A stretch of DNA of 64,000 bases, from the IMG/VR virus record IMGVR_UViG_3300035698_005189, positions 34,095 to 98,094 of that record. The stretch is one strand, 5' to 3'. Made by a program: the position numbers and the translations under genes. Source of the DNA: a virus. The notes beneath the pieces were generated by a model. It had not been told where the DNA came from, made no database searches, and saw only the letters and a list, made by a program, of their open reading frames with translations. Positions 18,676-26,493 of this stretch are shown one piece after another. Every line of letters begins with the position of its first letter. Within the stretch, counting starts at the first letter, position 1.

Positions 18676-19181
18676 CGCTGCCTCCGGAGGGCGCGACGGA
18701 GTCGGGTCATCCCACGGGCGATGGTTTGGTGTAGGGCGAGCCGAGCCTCGAGGTCGGCTACGCGGGTCCGGCAGGCATACTCGGACACGACCAGCCGCGG
18801 GACAGCCGCCTCGGCCACCTTGGCTCGTGCGACTGCCGTGTCTACAATAGTTTCGGCGGCATCGAACCGGGTTGCGTCTTGCGCCTCCAATGCCGCGATA
18901 TCAGCCACGAACCTATCCGAAGCGGCTCGGCTTTCAGCAAGCTCGGTCGTCAGCTCCTCCACCAGAAGCGCAGCCTCGGTAGCCCGCATGTTGGCAGCGA
19001 CCCGCAACCGCTCGAGGGACTGGAGGCAACCATCGTCCGGGTCCGGTGCGCCGGCTTTGACGAACCAGACGACTGCGGTGTCGGTGAAGCCGACAGCGTC
19101 ACTCAGTCGCCCGGCGGTGGCAGCGGTCAGCGCTGACTGCAGGAAGCCGATGGCCTCCCGGATGGGCTCGTCTGCTGCCAT
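18672..19181 (-). CDS. Coiled-coil hypothetical protein
   Basis: 169 aa, AGGAG RBS. Confidence 0.7.
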   Translation of the reverse strand: MAADEPIREAIGFLQSALTAATAGRLSDAVGFTDTAVVWFVKAGAPDPDDGCLQSLERLRVAANMRATEAALLVEELTTELAESRAASDRFVADIAALEAQDATRFDAAETIVDTAVARAKVAEAAVPRLVVSEYACRTRVADLEARLALHQTIARGMTRLRRALRRQR

Positions 19182-19189
19182 ATCGGCTC

Positions 19190-19630
19190 CTACTGGCCGT
19201 AGCCGGTGTCGGGCTGGCCGTGGGGGTAGAGGTCGGGCTCGAGGCCCATAGGTGCTGCGTCGCCGCTGGCGGGCCCGGTGTCCTCGGGGACGTGGGGCGG
19301 TGGCTCGTGGAGAGGGCCGCCGATGATGAGAGGCACCGGACCCGTGCGGACGGGCGCACCACCGACCGGAGCGATGGGCTGGTCTGCGAGGGTACGGGGC
19401 TCCACGAGGTCTTCGAGTTCAGGCAGGACACCTGCGTCGCCCAGGCTGGTCACGAACGAAGCGATGGCCTGGCCAGGTGTGGTCTGTCCACCGACGCCAC
19501 CGACACCGGTTCCGATCAGGAAGGTGATGAGCAGCTGAATGAGCCGCATCCACCAGTCGCGCTTGGCGCGTCGGTCGGCGTACTCCAGCCGGGCGATGTC
19601 GAGGTCTTCGTGGTCGTGGGTCTTGGTCAT
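19190..19630 (-). CDS. Single-TM membrane protein
   Basis: GGAGG RBS before ATG 19630; WWMRLIQLLITFLIGTGVGG; acidic/Pro tail. Confidence 0.65.
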   Translation of the reverse strand: MTKTHDHEDLDIARLEYADRRAKRDWWMRLIQLLITFLIGTGVGGVGGQTTPGQAIASFVTSLGDAGVLPELEDLVEPRTLADQPIAPVGGAPVRTGPVPLIIGGPLHEPPPHVPEDTGPASGDAAPMGLEPDLYPHGQPDTGYGQ

Positions 19631-19688
19631 GCTGTCCTCCAGGGGCGGCAGGATCACTCCGCCGCCGTGGCTCATATGGCTCCAGACC

Positions 19689-19697
19689 ATAGTATCA
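19689..19697 (-). promoter_or_regulatory. Possible extended -10 promoter
   Basis: TG-A-TACTAT followed by a GC hairpin upstream of the TM gene. Confidence 0.4.
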
Positions 19698-20183
19698 CGA
19701 CCCCGACGGTCGGGCCCCGACTGGGAGGTTGCTGGGGGCGGGAGCGACCGGCAGCTCTTCGAAGGGGCTCGGGCAGGGCGGGTTGGTATGGGCTGGGCCG
19801 GGAGGCGGGGCGAGCACAACCAGCTGGTTGTCGTCCCCGACCGTCCGGACCTCCCGCGTCCCGGTGAGTAGGGACGCGATGACCAGCAAGAGCGCACCTT
19901 CGATGTCGGCCGCCGTAGCGTGCGCGGTCGTGTCGGCCAAGCCGGACTCGAGCCTCTTCCAGCTCTCGGCCCCGATGCCGTCCAGGCCGACCATCTTCTC
20001 GATGATTACGCCGTTGCCTCGGACGGAGGTACCTGTGACCACGCGGTAGCGGTCGTCGTCGCCGTAGGACCGCTCGACCGCGATCTCGAGGACTGCTTGG
20101 GGTCTGCGTAGGTCGCGCCCGTGGTATCGCTGGTTCGTAGCGAATCGGATGGTGGTAGGCGTACTTTGGGGGTGGCGAGGCAT
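19695..20183 (-). CDS. Hypothetical protein
   Basis: 162 aa, GGAG RBS. Confidence 0.65.
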   Translation of the reverse strand: MPRHPQSTPTTIRFATNQRYHGRDLRRPQAVLEIAVERSYGDDDRYRVVTGTSVRGNGVIIEKMVGLDGIGAESWKRLESGLADTTAHATAADIEGALLLVIASLLTGTREVRTVGDDNQLVVLAPPPGPAHTNPPCPSPFEELPVAPAPSNLPVGARPSGS

Positions 20184-20192
20184 GTCGGCTCC

Positions 20193-20381
20193 CTACAGGC
20201 AGTCGCGGTCGGGACAGGGGATGGCGATCTGGGGGTCTTCGGTGATGTCCACGACCACATCATCCTCGATGAGGTCCCAGTGCGGGACGAAGCCGGTGTC
20301 GGCGGTGTCGGTCGTGGTGCCTGTGTCGGTGTCGCCGCAGGCGACCACGAGGGACAGGGTGAGGGCGATGATGCGGGTCAT
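20193..20381 (-). CDS. Small lipoprotein
   Basis: MTRIIALTLSLVVAC signal with lipobox-like Cys, followed by GDTDTGTTTDTADTG. Confidence 0.7.
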   Translation of the reverse strand: MTRIIALTLSLVVACGDTDTGTTTDTADTGFVPHWDLIEDDVVVDITEDPQIAIPCPDRDCL

Positions 20382-20611
20382 GTCGGCTCCTGGGAAAAGG
20401 GCGATCGGTCCCGCACCCAAGGCGCACCATCAGGAGTCGTTTACCGACGCCGGGCGGGCGGGGGACCTCTCACACAGGGTCTGTCGCTTGTCGCCGTGGA
20501 GGTCTGCTCGCGCGTGAGGGGCTGCGGGGGACTCGCCCCAGACCCGCCCCCTCGTGCATCGCATTCCGATAACACGAGTCGCTGGCCTACGACCCCCTCC
20601 CAGTCATCCCC

Positions 20612-21301
20612 TCAGAACGGGTCGCCATCGGGTCCCACTGGCGGGGCCAGCCATCGCTCGCCATTGCCCCCAGCCGACGCCGACTCCCGTCGGTCCTGCT
20701 CCAGCAGCCACCGACCCACTGGGGACGCCGCTGTAGCGAATCGCGTTAGGTCCACGACCCAACCCGATCGGAATGTGGCGCTCACGCGGCCACTCGGCAA
20801 CGTCCTGCCGACTCGTACCCCAAAGGGGCACGCGGCTGGGCTGCACTCCAGGCGATCCAGTGCAGCACGAACACGGGGGGCGACCGAGTCCCACAGCCCG
20901 TCAGGGTCCCTGCCCTCATCATCCAGGTCCAGCATGAGCCTGACGTTGGATGAAGTGAGGGCCTGCATGGTTATCGCAGCCGCAGCTCGTGCTACGCCTG
21001 TCGTGCTCTGGGGTCTGCTGGGGGTACTCATCTGCGTGTCCTCGAGGGAAGGGGCGCGTATTTCGCGGACCACTACCGGGTATTTCCACATCGGTCGTTC
21101 GTATGGTGGGCCGCCGTGCTCGACGACGTCGGCGAATAGCCTGGCTTCCACGTCGTCACCCACCTCACAGGCCCCGGGCGGGATCGGGTCGGTGGGCCTG
21201 GCCAGGAACATGATGCCGGAGTAGTCGTCATACCACCAGCGAGGGCGCGGCCGAACGGCACCCATCGGCACAGCCCGGTCGTGCGACTCAAAACGCCTCA
21301 C
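20612..21301 (-). CDS. Hypothetical protein
   Basis: GTGA-coupled start at 21301. Confidence 0.5.
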   Translation of the reverse strand: MRRFESHDRAVPMGAVRPRPRWWYDDYSGIMFLARPTDPIPPGACEVGDDVEARLFADVVEHGGPPYERPMWKYPVVVREIRAPSLEDTQMSTPSRPQSTTGVARAAAAITMQALTSSNVRLMLDLDDEGRDPDGLWDSVAPRVRAALDRLECSPAACPFGVRVGRTLPSGRVSATFRSGWVVDLTRFATAASPVGRWLLEQDRRESASAGGNGERWLAPPVGPDGDPF

Positions 21302-21639
21302 CCGTGCTCCGCCTGCCACTTCCAAAGGCGATCATATGCCTCGGTCACGGCTGGGCCGCACGGGATGGCCTTGTGGGTCGTGGCGGGGGCGTCGTCGAGT
21401 AACTTCGCGTCGCCGACCTTCTGGGTCGTCTGGAGGGCGGACCACAGCTGCCGGGCGACTACGACGCTGCGGCTGCCGTTGCCAGCCGATAGCGTGAGAA
21501 CCCAGGTACCCGGCCGACCCGACTCGAACCAACCTGGACCGCAGACCAGGAAGGTCGCCTTGGTCCCCTGGTACCAGCGACCTGGGATCAGCACGACACC
21601 CTTGTAGGATGTGGGGTGCTTGGGGGTCCGGTACCTCAT
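21298..21639 (-). CDS. Hypothetical protein
   Basis: ATGA-coupled start at 21639. Confidence 0.6.
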   Translation of the reverse strand: MRYRTPKHPTSYKGVVLIPGRWYQGTKATFLVCGPGWFESGRPGTWVLTLSAGNGSRSVVVARQLWSALQTTQKVGDAKLLDDAPATTHKAIPCGPAVTEAYDRLWKWQAEHG

Positions 21640-21941
21640 GCTGACATTCCTGCAAGGATATAGCGGAGGATGACTGCCTTCGCCGTCGCTATGTCGGTAT
21701 CGCCTGTCTCGGCCAGTCGGTATCCGAGTCGGGCGTGGGTGATAGCCAAGGTGTCGCTGTCCCACGGGCGGCGGTGGTCTACACAGGCGACAGCCTTATG
21801 TAGGCGACCAGCCCTGCCCTGCTGTGGGGCAGGGATGCTGCCTGAGTAGACCGCGTAGGCGGAGTCGGACACCAGCGCTGCTCGCACGACCTTCTCCAGT
21901 GCGGGGGTGAGGTGTGGTGGTGGTGCTACGGCTTTCGCCAT
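21636..21941 (-). CDS. Hypothetical protein
   Basis: GGAGG RBS. Confidence 0.65.
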   Translation of the reverse strand: MAKAVAPPPHLTPALEKVVRAALVSDSAYAVYSGSIPAPQQGRAGRLHKAVACVDHRRPWDSDTLAITHARLGYRLAETGDTDIATAKAVILRYILAGMSA

Positions 21942-22351
21942 GGGTGCCTCCAGTCGACTGTCGGGTTGCAGTACTTCGGCCAGTCGTCGTACATCGACTC
22001 GGTGCCGGGGCCGATCGTGGGTAGGTCCAGTCCAAACTTAGGCAGGGGACGTCGCAGGTTCCCGTCGAGCAGCGACAGGATGGTTGAGGCGACGACGTTG
22101 GTGGCGGCCAGCCTGCGCTCTTCCTCGGTGTCCCCGGGTGGCGGTTCGTCTACTGCGTAATGATGGGCGATCATGGCCACGAGACGAAGGAAGTCCTCCC
22201 GAGGCGTGACGACCTCCGGGAGGACTGGTAGGGTAGGCTTGGCGACCGGTAGGGGCGGCGGGCTTGGTGGGGCGGGCGCTGCCCATACCGGAGGCGGAGG
22301 ACCTACGCTGGGTCGGGATCGGGAAGGTGGGGGCGGAGGTGCGCTACGCAT
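21926..22351 (-). CDS. Hypothetical protein with Pro-rich N-terminus
   Basis: MRSAPPPPPSR...; AGGAG RBS. Confidence 0.65.
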   Translation of the reverse strand: MRSAPPPPPSRSRPSVGPPPPVWAAPAPPSPPPLPVAKPTLPVLPEVVTPREDFLRLVAMIAHHYAVDEPPPGDTEEERRLAATNVVASTILSLLDGNLRRPLPKFGLDLPTIGPGTESMYDDWPKYCNPTVDWRHPWRKP

Positions 22352-23145
22352 GGGGGCTCCTGGGGCTCACCCTCTTCGTCGCCGCCGGGGGCTGGGGGCG
22401 TGTCGCCCCATCCCGTCTTCAGGGGCTGGTGATGGAAGCACATCGGCGGCGGCGGGTCGTCGGATGCGTGGGCCGCCACGACGAGGCCCGTACCCTTGGC
22501 GTCCAATTCGACCGTTGACCACGAATACTGCGGCAGACGGAACCGCGTCTCGAGGAAGGCGATCACGGCCTTCTCTTCGGCCTCCAGCATGGTGGTCGCG
22601 GTGTCACCCACGAGGGCATCCATCGCTCCCGGCGTCAGGAGGGATGGGTCCACGGCCAGGCCGATCTGCCGGTAGGCAGCTCTCGCGTACGACTCCACCA
22701 GGCGATGGCCAGTGAGCGGGTCCCGGTAGGGGTCATCCCACTCGGCCAGGTGCAGGACGGGGACGCCGACGCTCGTGGCGTAGGCTACCTCGTGCTGCAG
22801 GCCTTCGCTCGAGTGTAGAGGCGCTCCCTGCCAGAACTGATCGGCCAGGCCGATGAGGACTTCGTCATCCTTGAGCCAGTCGATGGCGGGGCGATCTGGG
22901 ATGAGTCCACCTTCGACCACGAGGTCGGTGTGAATCCACGACAAGACGACGTAGCCGGCGTTGATGGCCAGGCCGACGAGGCTCAGGTAGCGACCGACGT
23001 TCCGGTCATGATCCCCCCACTCCGGGATGCCGTCGCCGCGCAGGGGGTGGCCGATGTACACGGTCGGCTTGCGGAGCCGCTTGCGTAGGGTCTTGGGCTC
23101 TTCGTCTTCGGCGGTGGTCGGGTCGGGGATGACTTCGGTCTGCAT
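22303..23145 (-). CDS. DUF4406/DUF1937-like (NDT-fold) protein
   Basis: VYIGHPLRG...SSEGLQHEVAYATSVGVPV. Confidence 0.7.
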   Translation of the reverse strand: MQTEVIPDPTTAEDEEPKTLRKRLRKPTVYIGHPLRGDGIPEWGDHDRNVGRYLSLVGLAINAGYVVLSWIHTDLVVEGGLIPDRPAIDWLKDDEVLIGLADQFWQGAPLHSSEGLQHEVAYATSVGVPVLHLAEWDDPYRDPLTGHRLVESYARAAYRQIGLAVDPSLLTPGAMDALVGDTATTMLEAEEKAVIAFLETRFRLPQYSWSTVELDAKGTGLVVAAHASDDPPPPMCFHHQPLKTGWGDTPPAPGGDEEGEPQEPPCVAHLRPHLPDPDPA

Positions 23146-23150
23146 GGGGG

Positions 23151-24014
23151 CTACCTCGGGGGTGGTCCGGATCTGGTGGGGGTCACTGACTCTGTCGCTT
23201 CGAACCACGTTGGTCTCATCGATGGGCGGTTCGTGGTGAGCCATTCGGTCTGCTGCTTCGAGAAAGTTCGCTTTTGTCCACGTCGCTCACTGTCGAGGTT
23301 GGTCTCGTACCAGCCCGGACCCATGAGGGAGGCCAGGGGTCGCGCTTCCGATATCAGCACGACAGCCCCGCGTGAGGACCACACCAGGAGGCACTCCCGG
23401 AGGTCCTCGGCGTAGATGTTATTCGCGTAGCCGGTCGTGTCCCGGTAGCTGGGGTCGGCGAATACCACGAAGCCACTGCAGTCGGCTGGGATCGGGACGT
23501 CAATACCCGATGTATGGAAGGCGCGCACAGGCACCGACCACTTACGAAGCCGAGTGACCAGCTTCCGTGCTGTCGGGCCGTGGGCGTTGAACCCGCTCTC
23601 GGGCTGCCCGGCCCTGAACGACCTGGAGGCGCACAGGAGCCACCGGGCGGCTGCCTCCGTACGCAGGTCGAGGTCGGGCGAGGTCAGGTCGTCGTATCCG
23701 ATGGTGTTGAGGCGCAGCCAGAGGGGCTTTGGTTCCTCATCGCCCCAGGAGCGGATCAGGGTAGCGACCGCGTCGACTCCGCCGGCTGTGCCGAGGATGT
23801 CGTGGACTGCGCCCCAAGGGCCGGGGTCGCTCAGCCAGATCTCGTCGGCCCCGAGGCCGGACCGTAGGCCTGCGACGGCGAAGATGGGGTCGGCGTAGCT
23901 GCGCTTCCCGCCCATATACGAGATGGGCGGGTTGGCTTTGCCTCCGCCGTCGAGTCGCTCAGCCAGGGCGGCACTGCCGGCGCACATCTCAAACCATACG
24001 AGAGGGCGCTTCAT
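23151..24014 (-). CDS. Dam-like DNA adenine methyltransferase, rearranged motif order
   Basis: FEMCAGSAA precedes PPISYMGGK; catalytic FADPSY; C-terminal EWLTTN. Confidence 0.75.
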   Translation of the reverse strand: MKRPLVWFEMCAGSAALAERLDGGGKANPPISYMGGKRSYADPIFAVAGLRSGLGADEIWLSDPGPWGAVHDILGTAGGVDAVATLIRSWGDEEPKPLWLRLNTIGYDDLTSPDLDLRTEAAARWLLCASRSFRAGQPESGFNAHGPTARKLVTRLRKWSVPVRAFHTSGIDVPIPADCSGFVVFADPSYRDTTGYANNIYAEDLRECLLVWSSRGAVVLISEARPLASLMGPGWYETNLDSERRGQKRTFSKQQTEWLTTNRPSMRPTWFEATESVTPTRSGPPPR

Positions 24015-24883
24015 CGCTTCTTCCTGTGGGTCATGTCTACGACCGTGGGACGGGGCGGGGGACCGACGGGAGCCCCAGCACCAGGCTCAGCGAAGCGAGC
24101 CACGATGGACGAGTCGGCTACGGCAGATACGCGGGCGTTGGCACGATCGGCCCACCACGGGCGGATCTCGGAGCCCAGCACCGACATACCACAGCGACTG
24201 GCTCCCGCGAGTAGGGCACCCGTCCCGCTATGCGGGTCGATGCAGAGGGCCCCAGGCGTCCCGTACCGGGTCGCAACCCACTCCGCGAGCCAGACCGGCT
24301 TCTCCCCTGAGAGGCGGTCCTCACCGTCTGGGGCACCCGGGCAGCGCAGTCTGGCTGAGGGTGGCGCGGTGGGTCCCTCGAGGAAGTTGTGGCCCTCACG
24401 ATGCATCCCCATCCAGTTGAACTTGGACTTCGCCCCGTCACGCCTGACCACGATGGCGATCTGCACACCTGACAGGGGGCGGGCCCGGCGGAGGGTTGGG
24501 GCTGGGTTGGTGACGTGCCACGCCAGGAAGTAGGCGTCGGTCGTACGGGGGTCGGCCTTGGCTACGGCGATAATCTGGGAGAACTGGACGTCGGAGCACC
24601 AGATCACGGCATGGCCTCCCGGCGTCAGGACGCGCAGCCACTCGTTGAGGTGAGGCCGGAAGTCGTACGGGGCTACGTCGTAGCACCCTCCGCCCATTAC
24701 GGCCTTCCCGCCGTGAGTCGACTTCGCCTTCGCTGAGGCTGTGTTGGAGCCGAAGGCATCGATGACCAAGGCGGACGTGTCGAGGTTGTAGGGGACGTCC
24801 ACGCTCACGAGATGGACCGAGCCATCGTCGAGGGTCGGGTACAGCACCTCGAGTGCATCACCAGCCAGGATTCGACGACTCAT
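24011..24883 (-). CDS. N4/N6 DNA methyltransferase (beta class)
   Basis: GDALEVL, DVPYN, EKPVWL, IDPHSGTG, GSEI. Confidence 0.85.
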   Translation of the reverse strand: MSRRILAGDALEVLYPTLDDGSVHLVSVDVPYNLDTSALVIDAFGSNTASAKAKSTHGGKAVMGGGCYDVAPYDFRPHLNEWLRVLTPGGHAVIWCSDVQFSQIIAVAKADPRTTDAYFLAWHVTNPAPTLRRARPLSGVQIAIVVRRDGAKSKFNWMGMHREGHNFLEGPTAPPSARLRCPGAPDGEDRLSGEKPVWLAEWVATRYGTPGALCIDPHSGTGALLAGASRCGMSVLGSEIRPWWADRANARVSAVADSSIVARFAEPGAGAPVGPPPRPTVVDMTHRKKR

Positions 24884-25110
24884 GCTGGACTCCCGAAGCG
24901 GGCGGCGGTGCAGGCCTTGGCCGCCAGCTCGACGGTGACGACGTCGGCAGGAGACCCTTCGCGCTTGGCGACACGGGCCTGGGCGGCCAAGACTCTACGG
25001 ACTCGCCAGGGCAGTGAGGCGGCTGCCTCACCGACAAGGTCGTCGGCGTGGGACTCTGACGGTAGGGCCCTCAACGCGACACAGACAGGGCAGGTACACT
25101 GGGGGCTCAT
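24880..25110 (-). CDS. Small hypothetical protein
   Basis: 76 aa, CxCxxC, coupled both ends. Confidence 0.55.
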   Translation of the reverse strand: MSPQCTCPVCVALRALPSESHADDLVGEAAASLPWRVRRVLAAQARVAKREGSPADVVTVELAAKACTAARFGSPA

Positions 25111-25802
25111 TTTTCCTCCACGGCGACAGCGGTCGCCACGGTAACGGGGGCTGCGACGGCTCGCTTGGCGGCAATCTGGCGGGCGAGGGCTGTGTACTCG
25201 GCCTCCTCGAGAAGGTCGGGGACGGCGGGGCCCAGGGACCCTGTACCTGTCGCGGTTGCCGCCGCAGGTGCTGCCGCCTGCGCGGCGGTAGCGGCGGCTG
25301 CGGTGGCATCCGAGATCCGCTGTCGCTTGTCCGACCGATGCTTGTCCAGCCGGATCATAGCCGAAGCCATGCCCTCGAAGGTATTCGCCCCGACGGCGTC
25401 TTCGCCGGTCATCCTCTTCAGGCCCTCAGCCCAAATCGTATTCAGCTTGTCCAGCTCATCCAGCTCACGACCGACCGCGTCGCTGGCGGCGTAGGCGAGG
25501 ACGCGCCCCTGGATGTGCCTCCAGTGCGCTGCCCGGCGGTCAGGCCATCCGTCCCGGGTCGCCCTCTCAGCCGTACGGGGCAGGCTGATGACGTCCTTAG
25601 CTAATGCCGACTCGGGCCCGTCGATGCGGGTGGACTCCCACGCCTGCCGGATCGTTATGTCCGGGTCCTGCATGTAGGCCAAGAAGACAGCCATCACGGC
25701 TCGCTGTCCTGGCTTGCCTCCCCGCATGTCGATGACCGCGACCCCGCGCTCGAGTACTGTACGCGGGGGTGGGGGCGGGGGCGGGGTATGTCGCCGCCCC
25801 AC
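25107..25802 (-). CDS. Helical hypothetical protein (possible HTH) with Pro7 tag
   Basis: GTG 25802 after GGAGG; MGRRHTPPPPPPPR; RDGWPDRR motif. Confidence 0.6.
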   Translation of the reverse strand: MGRRHTPPPPPPPRTVLERGVAVIDMRGGKPGQRAVMAVFLAYMQDPDITIRQAWESTRIDGPESALAKDVISLPRTAERATRDGWPDRRAAHWRHIQGRVLAYAASDAVGRELDELDKLNTIWAEGLKRMTGEDAVGANTFEGMASAMIRLDKHRSDKRQRISDATAAAATAAQAAAPAAATATGTGSLGPAVPDLLEEAEYTALARQIAAKRAVAAPVTVATAVAVEEK

Positions 25803-25803
25803 G

Positions 25804-26493
25804 CTACCTCCGGACCGGGGGCGGGGGTGCGCGGTGTCGCTTGGGTCCGGTGAGCCACTCACGACCGAGGACGTTGATGGGGTTGCCCTTGGTGACTCGG
25901 TTGAACACCTGGCGCTGCTTCTCGCGGAGGTCGGTGAGGCGGAGGGTCCCGGCCCTGAGCTTGGCTTCGTCTATGACGACGGCCGCCACAGCCACGGCAT
26001 CGCAGAGGTCCTCTGCGACCGAGGGGTGGAGGTCAGCCAGGAGTGTCCGATCTGGGAAGTAGCGCACGGTCGCCTCCCGCATGTCGGGCTTGTCCGCGTT
26101 GGCGTTGTCGGCGACGTACATCTTGACTGATGAGGGGTCGATCGTCCTGAAGGGCCTGGAGGCCTTGTGGAGTGCCAGGCGACCGGCTCCGCCAATCTCA
26201 CCAGACTCGTGACCACGACCCGAGCCGAAGGAGTAGCCCTCCAGCCCGTAGAAGTCGGCCTCGGCGGCGGGGACCGCCACAGCCAGCCACGTCTCCACAC
26301 CCAGCAGTCGGTCCACGCCCCACTGCTCCTTGTCCTTTGTCGTACGCAGGAGGCGAGTTACCCTCCCGCCTCCCTTCTTCACAGCCGCCTGCGTCAGCGA
26401 GTAGGCCCACCAGTCAACCAGTAGGCCTGTGTGATAGTCCACGACAGCGATGGCTCCGTGGTTGGGGGATACGTCGAGTCCAGCTACCCTCAT
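25804..26493 (-). CDS. ruvC: RuvC-like Holliday junction resolvase
   Basis: GLDVS, LEGYSFG, PSSVK...ADK, DLCDAVAVA. Confidence 0.85.
   Translation of the reverse strand: MRVAGLDVSPNHGAIAVVDYHTGLLVDWWAYSLTQAAVKKGGGRVTRLLRTTKDKEQWGVDRLLGVETWLAVAVPAAEADFYGLEGYSFGSGRGHESGEIGGAGRLALHKASRPFRTIDPSSVKMYVADNANADKPDMREATVRYFPDRTLLADLHPSVAEDLCDAVAVAAVVIDEAKLRAGTLRLTDLREKQRQVFNRVTKGNPINVLGREWLTGPKRHRAPPPPVRR

Noticed and set aside
20519-20552. tRNA/tmRNA end or IS200/IS605-type terminal hairpin
   Set aside because: No cloverleaf or TTC loop and no transposase nearby
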